Positions 32,596 to 41,581 of a stretch of DNA of 64,000 nucleotides are shown piece by piece. This DNA comes from an uncultured delta proteobacterium. Its GTDB lineage: Bacteria; Myxococcota_A; Polyangia; Polyangiales; B10-G4. The stretch spans positions 192,001 through 256,000 of the forward strand of contig CAVSGI010000008.1 in assembly GCA_963727445.1 (NCBI GenBank). Direction: 5' to 3'. Every line of letters starts with the position of its first letter. Position 1 is the first letter of the stretch. The translations under genes and the position numbers were made by a program. Below the pieces are notes generated by a model. That model did not search any database. It saw only the letters and a program-made list of their open reading frames with translations, and was not told the origin of the DNA.

Positions 32596-33252
32596 TCAGT
32601 CGACGTCCGGGGCGAGGAGCGCGGCGATCAGCGTGTCCGCCAGCCAGCAACGGTAGTGCTCGGCGGTCCACCCCGCGTGGGTCTCCATCATGCGGCGCGT
32701 CTGGGGGCTGGCGAGCAGCCACAGGGTCCGTCCGGCGTCGCTCACCGTGAGGCCTGCCCGCAGGGCGCCGCGGTCGGCCAGCTTCCGCGCCAGCGTCTCG
32801 AGGTTGGCGAAGCGGTTCTCTTGCGCGCGCACGTACAGCTCACGAACCTCGGGATCGGTGCGTGCCGCATGCTTCATCACGTGAAAGATCGGGCCCACCC
32901 GATCCTGAATCTCGGTCATGTGCTCTGAAAAGCGAGTGAGCATCCGTCGGGGATCCGGCTCCTCCAACACCTCGCGCGCCCGACCGGTCCTCAGGATCGG
33001 TGTCGGCCCCGGCTCATTCGACACGAGTCGATCGAGCACGGCGGACAAGAGCCCACGCTTCGAGCCGAAGCCCGCGTAGATGGTGGGAACGGCGACCCCC
33101 GCCTCGCTTGCGAGGGTCGCCATCGTCGTCTCGGCGTAGCCGCGCTCGGCGAACACCCGGGTGGCGACCTCGATGACGCGCTCCCGGTTGGCGTCGGCGC
33201 GCCGCCTCCGTCGGCTCGCGTCGTATCGCCGCGATTCTTTCGCCTTGACCAT
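32596..33252 (-). CDS. TetR family regulator
   Basis: RRYDASRRR, FAERGYAETTMATLASEAGVAVPTIYAGFGSKRGLL, GWTAEHYRCWL. Confidence 0.93.
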   Translation of the reverse strand: MVKAKESRRYDASRRRRRADANRERVIEVATRVFAERGYAETTMATLASEAGVAVPTIYAGFGSKRGLLSAVLDRLVSNEPGPTPILRTGRAREVLEEPDPRRMLTRFSEHMTEIQDRVGPIFHVMKHAARTDPEVRELYVRAQENRFANLETLARKLADRGALRAGLTVSDAGRTLWLLASPQTRRMMETHAGWTAEHYRCWLADTLIAALLAPDVD

Positions 33253-33306
33253 TGGATATAAGTAGCACATATCTAAATCAATCAACCGCCTACAAGGACG
33301 TGTTTC

Positions 33307-33816
33307 ATGGGCACCCCCATCGCCGAGACGCCCGTCGGATCGGCCCGACCCAAGCGCTCGTTCTGGCTCTACATCCCACCGCCTCTCCTGTTCGTCGGAA
33401 GCTTCGCCGCGGGCGTCCAGCTCGACTCGCGGCTCGTGTCCTCGGCGATGCCCGCGCAGGCCGCACCCGCCGCCTCGGCGGCGGGCATCGCGCTCATCTT
33501 CGCGGCGGGGCTGATGATCGTCGGCGCGCCGCTGCTCTTCGCCCTTCGCCGGACGACGATCATCCCGCACGCCGCAGCGAGGGTCCTGATCTCGTCGGGA
33601 CCCTACCGGATCAGCCGAAACCCGATGTACCTCGCGCTCGCGATCGCCTACGTCGGCGTCGCGTTGCTCTTCGATGTACTCTGGCCTCTGCTTCTGCTGC
33701 CGCTCCCCATTTGGGTCATGAGCACCCGAGTGATCCCCGTCGAAGAACACGCGCTCATGGAGGCCTTCGGCGACGAATACCGGGCCTATCAACGGCGCGT
33801 CCGCCGCTGGATCTGA
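33307..33816 (+). CDS. Isoprenylcysteine carboxylmethyltransferase (ICMT/PEMT) family protein
   Basis: IPPPLLF, SGPYRISRNPMYL, EEHALMEAFGDEYRAYQRRVRRWI. Confidence 0.93.
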   Translation: MGTPIAETPVGSARPKRSFWLYIPPPLLFVGSFAAGVQLDSRLVSSAMPAQAAPAASAAGIALIFAAGLMIVGAPLLFALRRTTIIPHAAARVLISSGPYRISRNPMYLALAIAYVGVALLFDVLWPLLLLPLPIWVMSTRVIPVEEHALMEAFGDEYRAYQRRVRRWI

Positions 33817-34062
33817 GCGCTACCAGGCAGCCAACGGGACGGGTGCAGCCGTCGCGGTGAATCCCCCTATGCGGGGTCGTCGTTCGCTTCTACGTCGAAG
33901 GCCTCCGCGACCTCGTCCACCCGGTACGCGCGTGGGTGCTCGTCTCGATGGTGCGCAGCGGCGATGACGCGCTCGCGACGCGGGGGCGATGCTGTCGCGC
34001 TCCCCGCGTCTTCCTCGGGCTCCGGTGGCCAGCGCCGTCGCGCGGCCTCGAACGTCTCGTTT

Positions 34063-34200
34063 CTACTTCTTGCCTTTGGCAAGTGATTCTCCCTGCCCCA
34101 GACCGTCCTGCTTGTTCTTGGCCTTCTGCTTCTGCTTCTGTTTGGAGGCCGCCTGCTGGTTCTTGTTCTTCTGCTTCGACTTCGGAGACTTGTCTCCCAT
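34063..34200 (-). CDS. 45-aa Lys/Gln-rich small basic protein
   Basis: MGDKSPKSKQKNKNQQ...; GAGGTG RBS; Lys codons mostly AAG. Confidence 0.75.
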   Translation of the reverse strand: MGDKSPKSKQKNKNQQAASKQKQKQKAKNKQDGLGQGESLAKGKK

Positions 34201-34237
34201 ATTCACCTCGTTTCGCGCGGCGCTTTGCCACGGGTCG

Positions 34238-35065
34238 TCAACCTTCACCACCGATGTCTCTGTTCATGGAATCGACGAGCAGATCCGCCTCGCCGTCGTC
34301 ATGCCGCGTGATCTGTCGCGTGAGCCGGACGAGCGCGGGGCGGTGGTCGTAAGTGGATCCTTCAGCGCGAACCGTCGCGATGAGCTGATCCAACTCCTCG
34401 AGGAGCGTTCGGTGCTCGTCCTGCAGGACGCCGACGCGGCGGTGGTTGTCGACGCCCGTTTCCACGAGCACGTCGAAGAGCCCGCCCGAGCTCTCCTCGT
34501 CGGCGAACCGGCGGCTGAGCACGTCGCGAAGCGCCAGTAGATCTTTCTTGAGCAGCTCGTTGATCACTGTCGGACCGTCGGGCTGTCCGCTGTGCCACTC
34601 CCCGTTGGTGGCCGTGCGGATGGACAGGACCGAGACCTCGAAGACCGATGCGTTCTTGCTGAATGGGTGATCGAAGTCGAGCGAGAGGGTGATCCCCTCA
34701 CGCCTCTCCACCTCCAGCGTCATATCGGATCCATCCAGGCCGCGGGCGTCGATCAGACTGCCGGGTGTCAGTTCGAAGAGACCCGACAATCGCTCGTTCG
34801 GCAAGGTGGCACGCCGCAGGACTCGTGCCTCGTGTCGGCGCCCCTCAGGCAGCGCGGCGGTGAAGATCTCGCCACTCTGGCGCCCCTCCATCTCCGCTTC
34901 GATCGCGTCGGGGAGCGAACCGCTGCCCCCATGCACGTAGTGCAGGAGCTCCGTGCTCGCAGCCAGGACTTCGCCGGCGGCATCGCGGATCACGAAGCGG
35001 TATCCGACGACGTCTCCCTTCTGAATTCGGCGCTCCTCCGGTGGGGCGCCTTCGTCTTCTTCCAT
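34238..35065 (-). CDS. SlyD-like FKBP domain fused to a hemerythrin-like helical domain
   Basis: N-part LHYVHGGSGSL..AIEAEMEG, LDFDHPF, FEVSVLSIRTAT; C-part RFADEE..GGLF, LQDEHRTLL, RHDDGEADLL, DIGGEG. Confidence 0.72.
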   Translation of the reverse strand: MEEDEGAPPEERRIQKGDVVGYRFVIRDAAGEVLAASTELLHYVHGGSGSLPDAIEAEMEGRQSGEIFTAALPEGRRHEARVLRRATLPNERLSGLFELTPGSLIDARGLDGSDMTLEVERREGITLSLDFDHPFSKNASVFEVSVLSIRTATNGEWHSGQPDGPTVINELLKKDLLALRDVLSRRFADEESSGGLFDVLVETGVDNHRRVGVLQDEHRTLLEELDQLIATVRAEGSTYDHRPALVRLTRQITRHDDGEADLLVDSMNRDIGGEG

Positions 35066-35155
35066 CTCTCATCTCGCTCGGCGGCGGGGGGAGCCCTGAC
35101 TACTCGCCGCGAGGAGTGGAGGCGCGCTGCGAAGAGCAGCGGTAGGGACAGCTTA
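35066..35155 (-). promoter_or_regulatory. -10 element plus structured 5' leader, copy A (candidate cis-regulatory RNA)
   Basis: TAAGCT-6 nt-A-c-cgctgctcttcgcagcg-c-gcctccactcctcgcggc-gagtagtcagggct; homologous to 43416-43507. Confidence 0.75.
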
Positions 35156-35323
35156 ACCACCCCCGTGGGGAAAAGCCATCCAAGCCTGGAGGAGGGTCAG
35201 ATGGCAGCGCCGCCTCCCTCCACATGTGTCACACTGGACCATCACGGAGCCTCAACTCTCCCTCGTCACCCTCGAGCTCGAGGACCGAGTCCCCAAATGG
35301 GGCGTGACGAAGCTGGAGAGCAC

Positions 35324-35578
35324 ATGTCCGAAGTCTCGCTCGCTCCCTACATTCTGACCGACGCCAATGGATCGAATCCGCGGATCATGATCGCGGTCAG
35401 GACCCCGGCCGCGCTGGTGATGGTCGAAAGCCAGGTTCCTCACAGGTTCCTCGTCCGATCCCACAATCGCGACGGCGTGAACATCGCGATCGACCTCGCC
35501 CGGCAGTACGCGCGCACGCACAAGGGCCGGCTGGACGTGCTTTATGCGCAGATGGAGCGGATTCGGCAGTCCACATGA
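35324..35578 (+). CDS. Hypothetical protein, 84 aa
   Basis: GGAGAG RBS; MSEVSLAPYILTD... Confidence 0.55.
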   Translation: MSEVSLAPYILTDANGSNPRIMIAVRTPAALVMVESQVPHRFLVRSHNRDGVNIAIDLARQYARTHKGRLDVLYAQMERIRQST

Positions 35579-35747
35579 GCGCTTCGCGTGTCTGTTCGCA
35601 CGGCTCTTCAACGGAGCACTGAGCGTCGACCCGCCGCCCAGGTGCGGCCGGGTCGGATGACCTAGCGCCTCGGGGCGGTGGACCGGCCGCCCGTGATGGT
35701 CGTCGTAGGGCGCGAGCGGGTGCGGTGAGGGTCGCACCTGCACCCGA

Positions 35748-38481
35748 TCACTCTGGCGAAGGCGGCTCGGGCGAGGCGTTGCAGATCGCGCGCGTCACGA
35801 TGACGACGGCGCGGTAGCGAGACGGCGCGCGCATCTCGGCGCACTCCGCCTCGGCTTCTTCTTCTTCGCCGAGAGCGAGGAGGTTGCGACGGATCGCGAC
35901 GTGCTCGATGTAGCTGCCGGCACCCGATGGGTTGGTGAGATAGGTGCGCCACGCCTCGACGGCTTCCCGGTTGTGGCCCTCACGCTCGTGAGCCGCCGCG
36001 TCGGCGAGGATCTCGAGCGCCTGGGGCATCTCCTCCCGGGGCACCGGCTCGAGATCGTGGACCAGCGCCGGTGCGTGGGCGCCGACGAACCAGCGGACCA
36101 CCAGCACCGGCGTCACTTCGACCGCCAGCGGGTAGAGCTCGCGCAAAGGGTCTTCGGCGTCGGCGGCGATCAGGACCTCGCTCAACGAGCGGAGCAGGCG
36201 CCATCCATGGACGCCCGGGTCTCGACGCAGGCCATCGATCACCGCACGCGCGAGACGATCGCCGCGCGCGCGATCCCCCGCGGCATAGGCGCGCGCCGCA
36301 TGGTGGATCCGTCGCTCGGGCGCCCCGGGCGGATAGGTCTCGTCGACGAGAGCGTCGGCTTCATCGGCACGGCCGAGGAGCATCAAGGCGCCGACCCGGA
36401 GATCGATCGGTTGCCCTTCCTCCGACACCTCGGCGTAGCGCTTCTCGGCGAAGGTGATCTCGGCGGCGTAGCGCGTTGGCACGTCCGGGTCCGTGCGCAT
36501 CATCCGCTCGTAATCCCACGCCACGTCGAAGCGGCGCAGTCCGGTGGCGTAGCCGAGGGGGTGCAGAATGGCGATCTTGAAGCTGGGCGCCGATCGCATC
36601 ACCCGCTCGAACGTCTCGATGCCGGTGCGGTATCGACCCGAATGGTATTGGACCTCGGCCAGGGTGTAGCCGATGTCGCGATCGCGTGGGTTCTCCTCGT
36701 GAAGCGGGGTCAGGATCTCGACGCCGCGATCGTAGTCGTAGGTGAAGTAGGCGCTCAGGGCTTCGACCAGGGTGCGATCCCGGCGAGTGGTGGCGAGCTC
36801 GCCCGCCCTCTCGGCGGCGGCGAGGATGTCCTCGAGCTCCGCCGGCGCCCACGATCGCGCGAGCGCGAGGTAGTACCAGGCTTCGAAGAACTCCGGATCG
36901 CTCTCTACCGCGCGTTCGAGGTGCGTGATGGCGGCAGGCCACTGCTGCTCGGCGAGTGCGCGCGCCCCGAGGTCGTAGGCAGCGAGCCCCGACATGGAGT
37001 GGGTGGCCGCCGTGGGTGCGGTGGTCTGGATACCGAGGCGTTCGAAGGTCGCCTGCGCGAGCTGGGTCAGCGCCGCGTCCACGTCGGCCGCCTCCACGTG
37101 TACCTCGAGATCTTCGCGGTCTCCGAGTCCGCGAAGCCGAAGGTCCCCCGTAGCGCCGCTGGCTTCGGTGGCGACGATTCGCCCCTCGAGCAGGTGCGTC
37201 GCCCCCGCGCTCTGTGCGACGCGTTCCCAAGCCGGCGTGCTCGTCATGAACTCCGACACCATGCTCCGGAGATCCTGAGGCGACAGAAGCCGCAGCTCCG
37301 GCGCGTGACGGAGCAGCGTGGCGAGCACCTGCGCGAGTCCTTCGGAGCGCTCCGACGCGAGCCCTTCGACCTCGACTTCGAGGGGCGCGACCGCGAGCAC
37401 CAGAATCCTCCTGCGGCTCGGGCGCCGCGACATCCGGCGTCGAAGTGGAAGTCACCGGCGCCGGTGGGGACTGTCGCCCGACCCAGAGCAAGGCACCCAG
37501 CGCCGCGATCGCCGCGGCGGCGAGCGCCAGCCCCCACCAGGCGACGCCCTTCGGTCGAGTCGACCGCCCCGCATCGACGGTGGTCTGCGCGCCCCCGGCC
37601 GCGAGTGAGGCCGGCGGTGAAGTCGCGGTCGACGAAGCGACGCCCGCCGCCTGATTCAACGTCGCGGCGACCTCCGCCATCGGTGGGCGCGCTTCGGGCG
37701 CCGCGTCCAGCATGCGCGCGACGAGGTCCGCGATCGGCGCCTCGACGAGGCCCTCTTCGTCGAGTCGGGGTGGCGGCTGTCGGGTGGAGATGCGCTTCAA
37801 TGCTTCGGGGAGCGTGTCGCCCTCGAAGGGCAGGTCGCCACAGAGGAGCTCGTAGAGCGTCGTCCCGAGGGCGTAGGTGTCGGTGGCCTCGGAGGCGTCG
37901 CCACCTCCGAGGACCTCCGGCGGCATGTACGCAGGCGTCCCCACGATCAGCCCCGCGTGCGTCACCAGCGGGTTGCTCACGGTTCGTCCGTCGTCGGTGA
38001 GCAGGGGAGCCTCTTGCTCCGTGAGGGCGATGCCAAAGTCGACGACCTTCGCCTTCCCGGCGCGGGTCACCATGATGTTGTCGGGCTTGATGTCGCGATG
38101 AAGCACGCCGGCGGCGTGGGTCTCCACGAGCGCCGAGGCCACCTCGGCGATCAATCGGTAGAGGTCCGCTCGCGACAATCCAGCCGCGACTTCCTCACGA
38201 AGCGACCGTCCCTCGATCAGCTCCATCGCGATGTACTCGCGATCGTCGTGGACCCCAATCTCGTGGATCGTGACGACGCCTGGGATGTTCAGCGCCGCGA
38301 GGGCACGGGCCTCGCGGCGGAAACGCTTCCTGGCCACCTCGGATCCGGACACCGCCGAGTGGATCACCTTGATGGCCACCCGTCGTCGCAAGTCGGGGTC
38401 CTCGGCCACGAAGACCTCGCCCATCGCCCCGGCGCCGAGCGGCCGCACGATGCGGTAACGACCAATCTGGCCCTCCACCAC
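35748..38481 (-). CDS. Ser/Thr kinase with TM, TolB-N-like and TPR domains (frameshift near 37430)
   Basis: LGAGAMGEVF, VAIK, HRDIKPDN, DFG, GTPAYMPPE; TPR-like LERAVESDPEFFEAWYYLALA. Confidence 0.9.
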
Positions 38482-38518
38482 GATGGATGAGCCTACCAGC
38501 ATCGGGCGGGGAGCCGCC

Positions 38519-39064
38519 TCAGAACGCGCCGAAGAAATAGACGGCCGGGCCGTTCTCGTCGTCGCTCTTGAAGAAGTCGACCATCGCGGCGTTGAGGTCG
38601 TCGAGCGTCAGCGTCCCGTCATTGTCGCGGTCGATCCTCGAGAAGGTCTCGCTCGCCTTGGCGTCGTCTGCGCGGATGGCCTTCAGGAACGACCGGAAAT
38701 CCGCCTCCTCGTGCACGCCGTTGCCGTCGGCGTCGATGATCGCGTGAAACAGCCCCGTCAGCCCACCGAGCACCTGGTCGAACATCGCGTCGTCGTTGAC
38801 GACGTTGTCCATGTAGATGAGCCACTCCTTGAGGGACACGCCGCCGCTCTTGTCGGTGTCTGCGACCGCCACCAGGCCGTCGTACATCCCCGCGTACTGC
38901 TGCGTGAGCTCCGCGAGGCGCTCGGGAGATCCATTCGGTCCCTGCACCTCGCCGACGCGCTCGACGATCAGCTCGAGGTCACTCATGTTGATCTCTCCGT
39001 CACCGTTGGAGTCCATCTTGGTGAAGAGGTAGGAGAGCTTTCGGTTCTGGAAGTCGGTCAGCAT
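38519..39064 (-). CDS. EF-hand calcium-binding protein (calerythrin/SCP-like)
   Basis: Four loops: DSNGDGEINMSD, DTDKSGGVSLKE, DADGNGVHEEAD, DRDNDGTLTLDD. Confidence 0.93.
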   Translation of the reverse strand: MLTDFQNRKLSYLFTKMDSNGDGEINMSDLELIVERVGEVQGPNGSPERLAELTQQYAGMYDGLVAVADTDKSGGVSLKEWLIYMDNVVNDDAMFDQVLGGLTGLFHAIIDADGNGVHEEADFRSFLKAIRADDAKASETFSRIDRDNDGTLTLDDLNAAMVDFFKSDDENGPAVYFFGAF

Positions 39065-39123
39065 CGGTCGCCTCGCGCGCTCGGGTGAAAGAGGGCGGAG
39101 TCTCTCCGTTGCATCGGGAAAGA

Positions 39124-40353
39124 TCAACGCCTACCCCTCTTGCCCGGTCTGAGCACGCGCCGCACGAAGCGCTCCGCGAGATCGGCGCGCGCCGACTCGG
39201 GGAGCATGCGGGTGGAGACCCCGTCGAGCGCGCGCGCGAGGGCACCCACGCTCTGGGCGTGCTGCGCGGTGGAGCTGCCTGCGAGCGAAGCCTCCGTGTC
39301 GTCGAGGTAGCGCGTCACGAAGCGGCGAAGGCGCGCCGGGGTCACCTCTGTGCGACGATGGGCTTCGCCGAGCGCCGCGCGGAAGCGTTCGTCGGCGAAC
39401 GCGAAGTTGCCCGTGCCGGCGATCGGCTTGGCGACGCGAGTCATCGCATCGAGGACGCGGTCGCCCATCGTCCGCGGCGCGCCGTAATCGATGCGCATGC
39501 GCAGCGTCTCTTCCGTCGGCTCGACCACCGCCCGCGTCGACACGTCCGTGCCGATGTCGTTTCCGACGAAGACAGGTGAATCGACGGTCGCTTCGAGGAG
39601 AGCCGCAGCGTTGCCCACGAAGTCGTCGATCGGCAGATAGTTGTGCAGCGCCTCTGCGGGGAGGTCGAGGCGCAGGTCGCGAAGTCCGAGCTGGCTCATC
39701 AACACCAGCGCCGCGAGGTACATGTGGATGCCAAAGGGCTTGCCGCCGTACCACGCCGTCTCCGTGTGCGCACCGACGAGCGTCGGGCGGATGATGCACA
39801 GAGGCGAGCCGCCGGGGCTGCGCGCGGCGTGGGCCAGCGCCAGCTCGGCGCCCCACTTGGTGACGAGGTAGGAGCTCTCGAGCTTCGGCGCGAGCACCAG
39901 GTCCTCGGGAACGACACCCGGTGCGAACCCGCCGACGTATGCCGTCGACACGTAGTAGAAGCGCGCATCCTGTCCTCGTGCATCCGAGAGCGCGCGATGG
40001 AGCGCGAGCGTGCCGCGTACGTTGACCTCGTGGGCGAAGGCGAGTTGCGAGGTCGACAGGCTCATGTGCGCGGCGCAGTGCCAGATCGCGTCGATGGGCT
40101 CGAGCCCCTGCGCCCCCGCGAGGCCAGCGGCGGTGGGATCGCCACCGGCTTCCCATGGGACGACGTGGATGTCGGGCGGGGCTCCTCCGTCGTCGAGTCC
40201 GAACCCTCGCCACGCCTCCTCGATCGCGAGCCTGGTACGGCTTCCCTTCGGGTCGCGTCGCGACAGACACGTCACGCGATGGCCGCGTGCCAGGAAGCCG
40301 ACGGCGAGGCATGCGCCCAGGTAGCCCGTCGCTCCCGTCAGTGCGATGTGCAT
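39124..40353 (-). CDS. Extended SDR, fatty-acyl/thioester reductase-like
   Basis: IALTGATGYLG, IWHCAA, NVRGT, YVSTAYVGG, YLVTK, IIRPTLVG. Confidence 0.85.
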   Translation of the reverse strand: MHIALTGATGYLGACLAVGFLARGHRVTCLSRRDPKGSRTRLAIEEAWRGFGLDDGGAPPDIHVVPWEAGGDPTAAGLAGAQGLEPIDAIWHCAAHMSLSTSQLAFAHEVNVRGTLALHRALSDARGQDARFYYVSTAYVGGFAPGVVPEDLVLAPKLESSYLVTKWGAELALAHAARSPGGSPLCIIRPTLVGAHTETAWYGGKPFGIHMYLAALVLMSQLGLRDLRLDLPAEALHNYLPIDDFVGNAAALLEATVDSPVFVGNDIGTDVSTRAVVEPTEETLRMRIDYGAPRTMGDRVLDAMTRVAKPIAGTGNFAFADERFRAALGEAHRRTEVTPARLRRFVTRYLDDTEASLAGSSTAQHAQSVGALARALDGVSTRMLPESARADLAERFVRRVLRPGKRGRR

Positions 40354-40423
40354 CCGTCGACCCAGCGAGGCCGGACTATAGCAGCGGGCCCGTCGATCGG
40401 GCGATGTGTTACGGTCGGGGCCG

Positions 40424-41578
40424 ATGCCAGAGGCTCGTGAGTGGTCGGCGGTGGCCGAGGAGTTGCGACCCATCATCGTCGAGCACGCCGCCGCCGCTGA
40501 CCTGGCCGGCGAGCCCCGCGACGAAGTGATGCACGCGCTGGCCGAGAGCGGCCTCCTGCGCCTCGGGCTCCCCGTCGCCTACGGCGGCGCGGAGGTGGAG
40601 CCGCGCACGCTGGTGCAGGTCGTCGAAGCGATCGCCGCGATGGACGGATCGGCGGGCTGGCTCACCGCGATCAACATCATGGGCGCGCTCACCATGGCGC
40701 GCGTCGAGCGCAGAGTGGTCGACGAGATCTACGCCGAGCCGGGCGTATCTACCGCCGGCGTCTTCGCCCCCACCGCGATGGCCGAAGTATCGGCGGACGC
40801 ATACCGCCTCACCGGCCGCTGGACCTTCGCGAGCAACTCTCGCCACGCCGGGTGGTTCTTGTGCGGCACCGTCCTCGTCGAAGACGGCGCGATGGTGACC
40901 GCCGGCGGGCGCCCGGTGGTGCGGATGCTGGCGTTTCCCGCCGCGGACGTACGCATCCACTCGACCTGGGACACCTTGGGGCTTCGAGGAACGGGCAGCC
41001 ACGACATCGAGGTCCAGGAGAGCCTCGTGCCGAAGGCGCGCTCGCTGAGCCTCGTCGATCCCGGACTGGTCGCCGACGAGCCGCTGTACCGAATGCCCTA
41101 CTTCGGGATGTCCGCGACGTTGATGGCCGCGGTGGCGATGGGGATCGCGCGCGGCGCCGTGGCTCACGCCACGAAGGTCGCCGCCGAAAAGACGCCCCTG
41201 GGCAGTCGAAAGGCCGTGCTGGAGCGGCCCTACGCGCAGACGATGATCATCGACGCACGCACCACGCTCGACACGGCGGGCGCGCACCTCGCGTCCTGCC
41301 GTGACCTGGCCTGGGCCAACGCGCAGGCCGGCGAGGTGGACATGCAAGAGCGCGCCGAGCTTCGCCTGGCCGCGTGCAACGCGGTCACCGCGTCGGTGCG
41401 CGCGGTCGACCTCGCTCATCACGTCGTCGGCTCGAGCTCCGTGTTCCGGTCGAGCCCGCTCGAGCGCGCGCTGCGCGACGTCTTCACGCTGCGCCAGCAC
41501 GTGATGGTCGGTCCGTCGCTCATGGACGTCGCGACGCGGAGCCGTCTCGGTATCCGCGTCGACACGACGATGCTTTGA
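40424..41578 (+). CDS. Acyl-CoA-dehydrogenase-fold flavin-dependent hydroxylase (HsaA-like)
   Basis: LPVAYGGAE, DGSAGW, LTGRWTFASNSRHAGW, TWDTLGLRGTGSHD, PLERALRD...QH. Confidence 0.88.
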   Translation: MPEAREWSAVAEELRPIIVEHAAAADLAGEPRDEVMHALAESGLLRLGLPVAYGGAEVEPRTLVQVVEAIAAMDGSAGWLTAINIMGALTMARVERRVVDEIYAEPGVSTAGVFAPTAMAEVSADAYRLTGRWTFASNSRHAGWFLCGTVLVEDGAMVTAGGRPVVRMLAFPAADVRIHSTWDTLGLRGTGSHDIEVQESLVPKARSLSLVDPGLVADEPLYRMPYFGMSATLMAAVAMGIARGAVAHATKVAAEKTPLGSRKAVLERPYAQTMIIDARTTLDTAGAHLASCRDLAWANAQAGEVDMQERAELRLAACNAVTASVRAVDLAHHVVGSSSVFRSSPLERALRDVFTLRQHVMVGPSLMDVATRSRLGIRVDTTML

Positions 41579-41581
41579 GCC

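Noticed and set aside
26400..35700. Integron cassette array
   Set aside because: No intI, no recurring attC-like sites found, and genes lie in mixed orientations
38519..39064. Aequorin-like photoprotein or bioluminescence system
   Set aside because: Four intact EF loops fit common bacterial calerythrin-like proteins, and I see no luciferin-binding or pathway evidence
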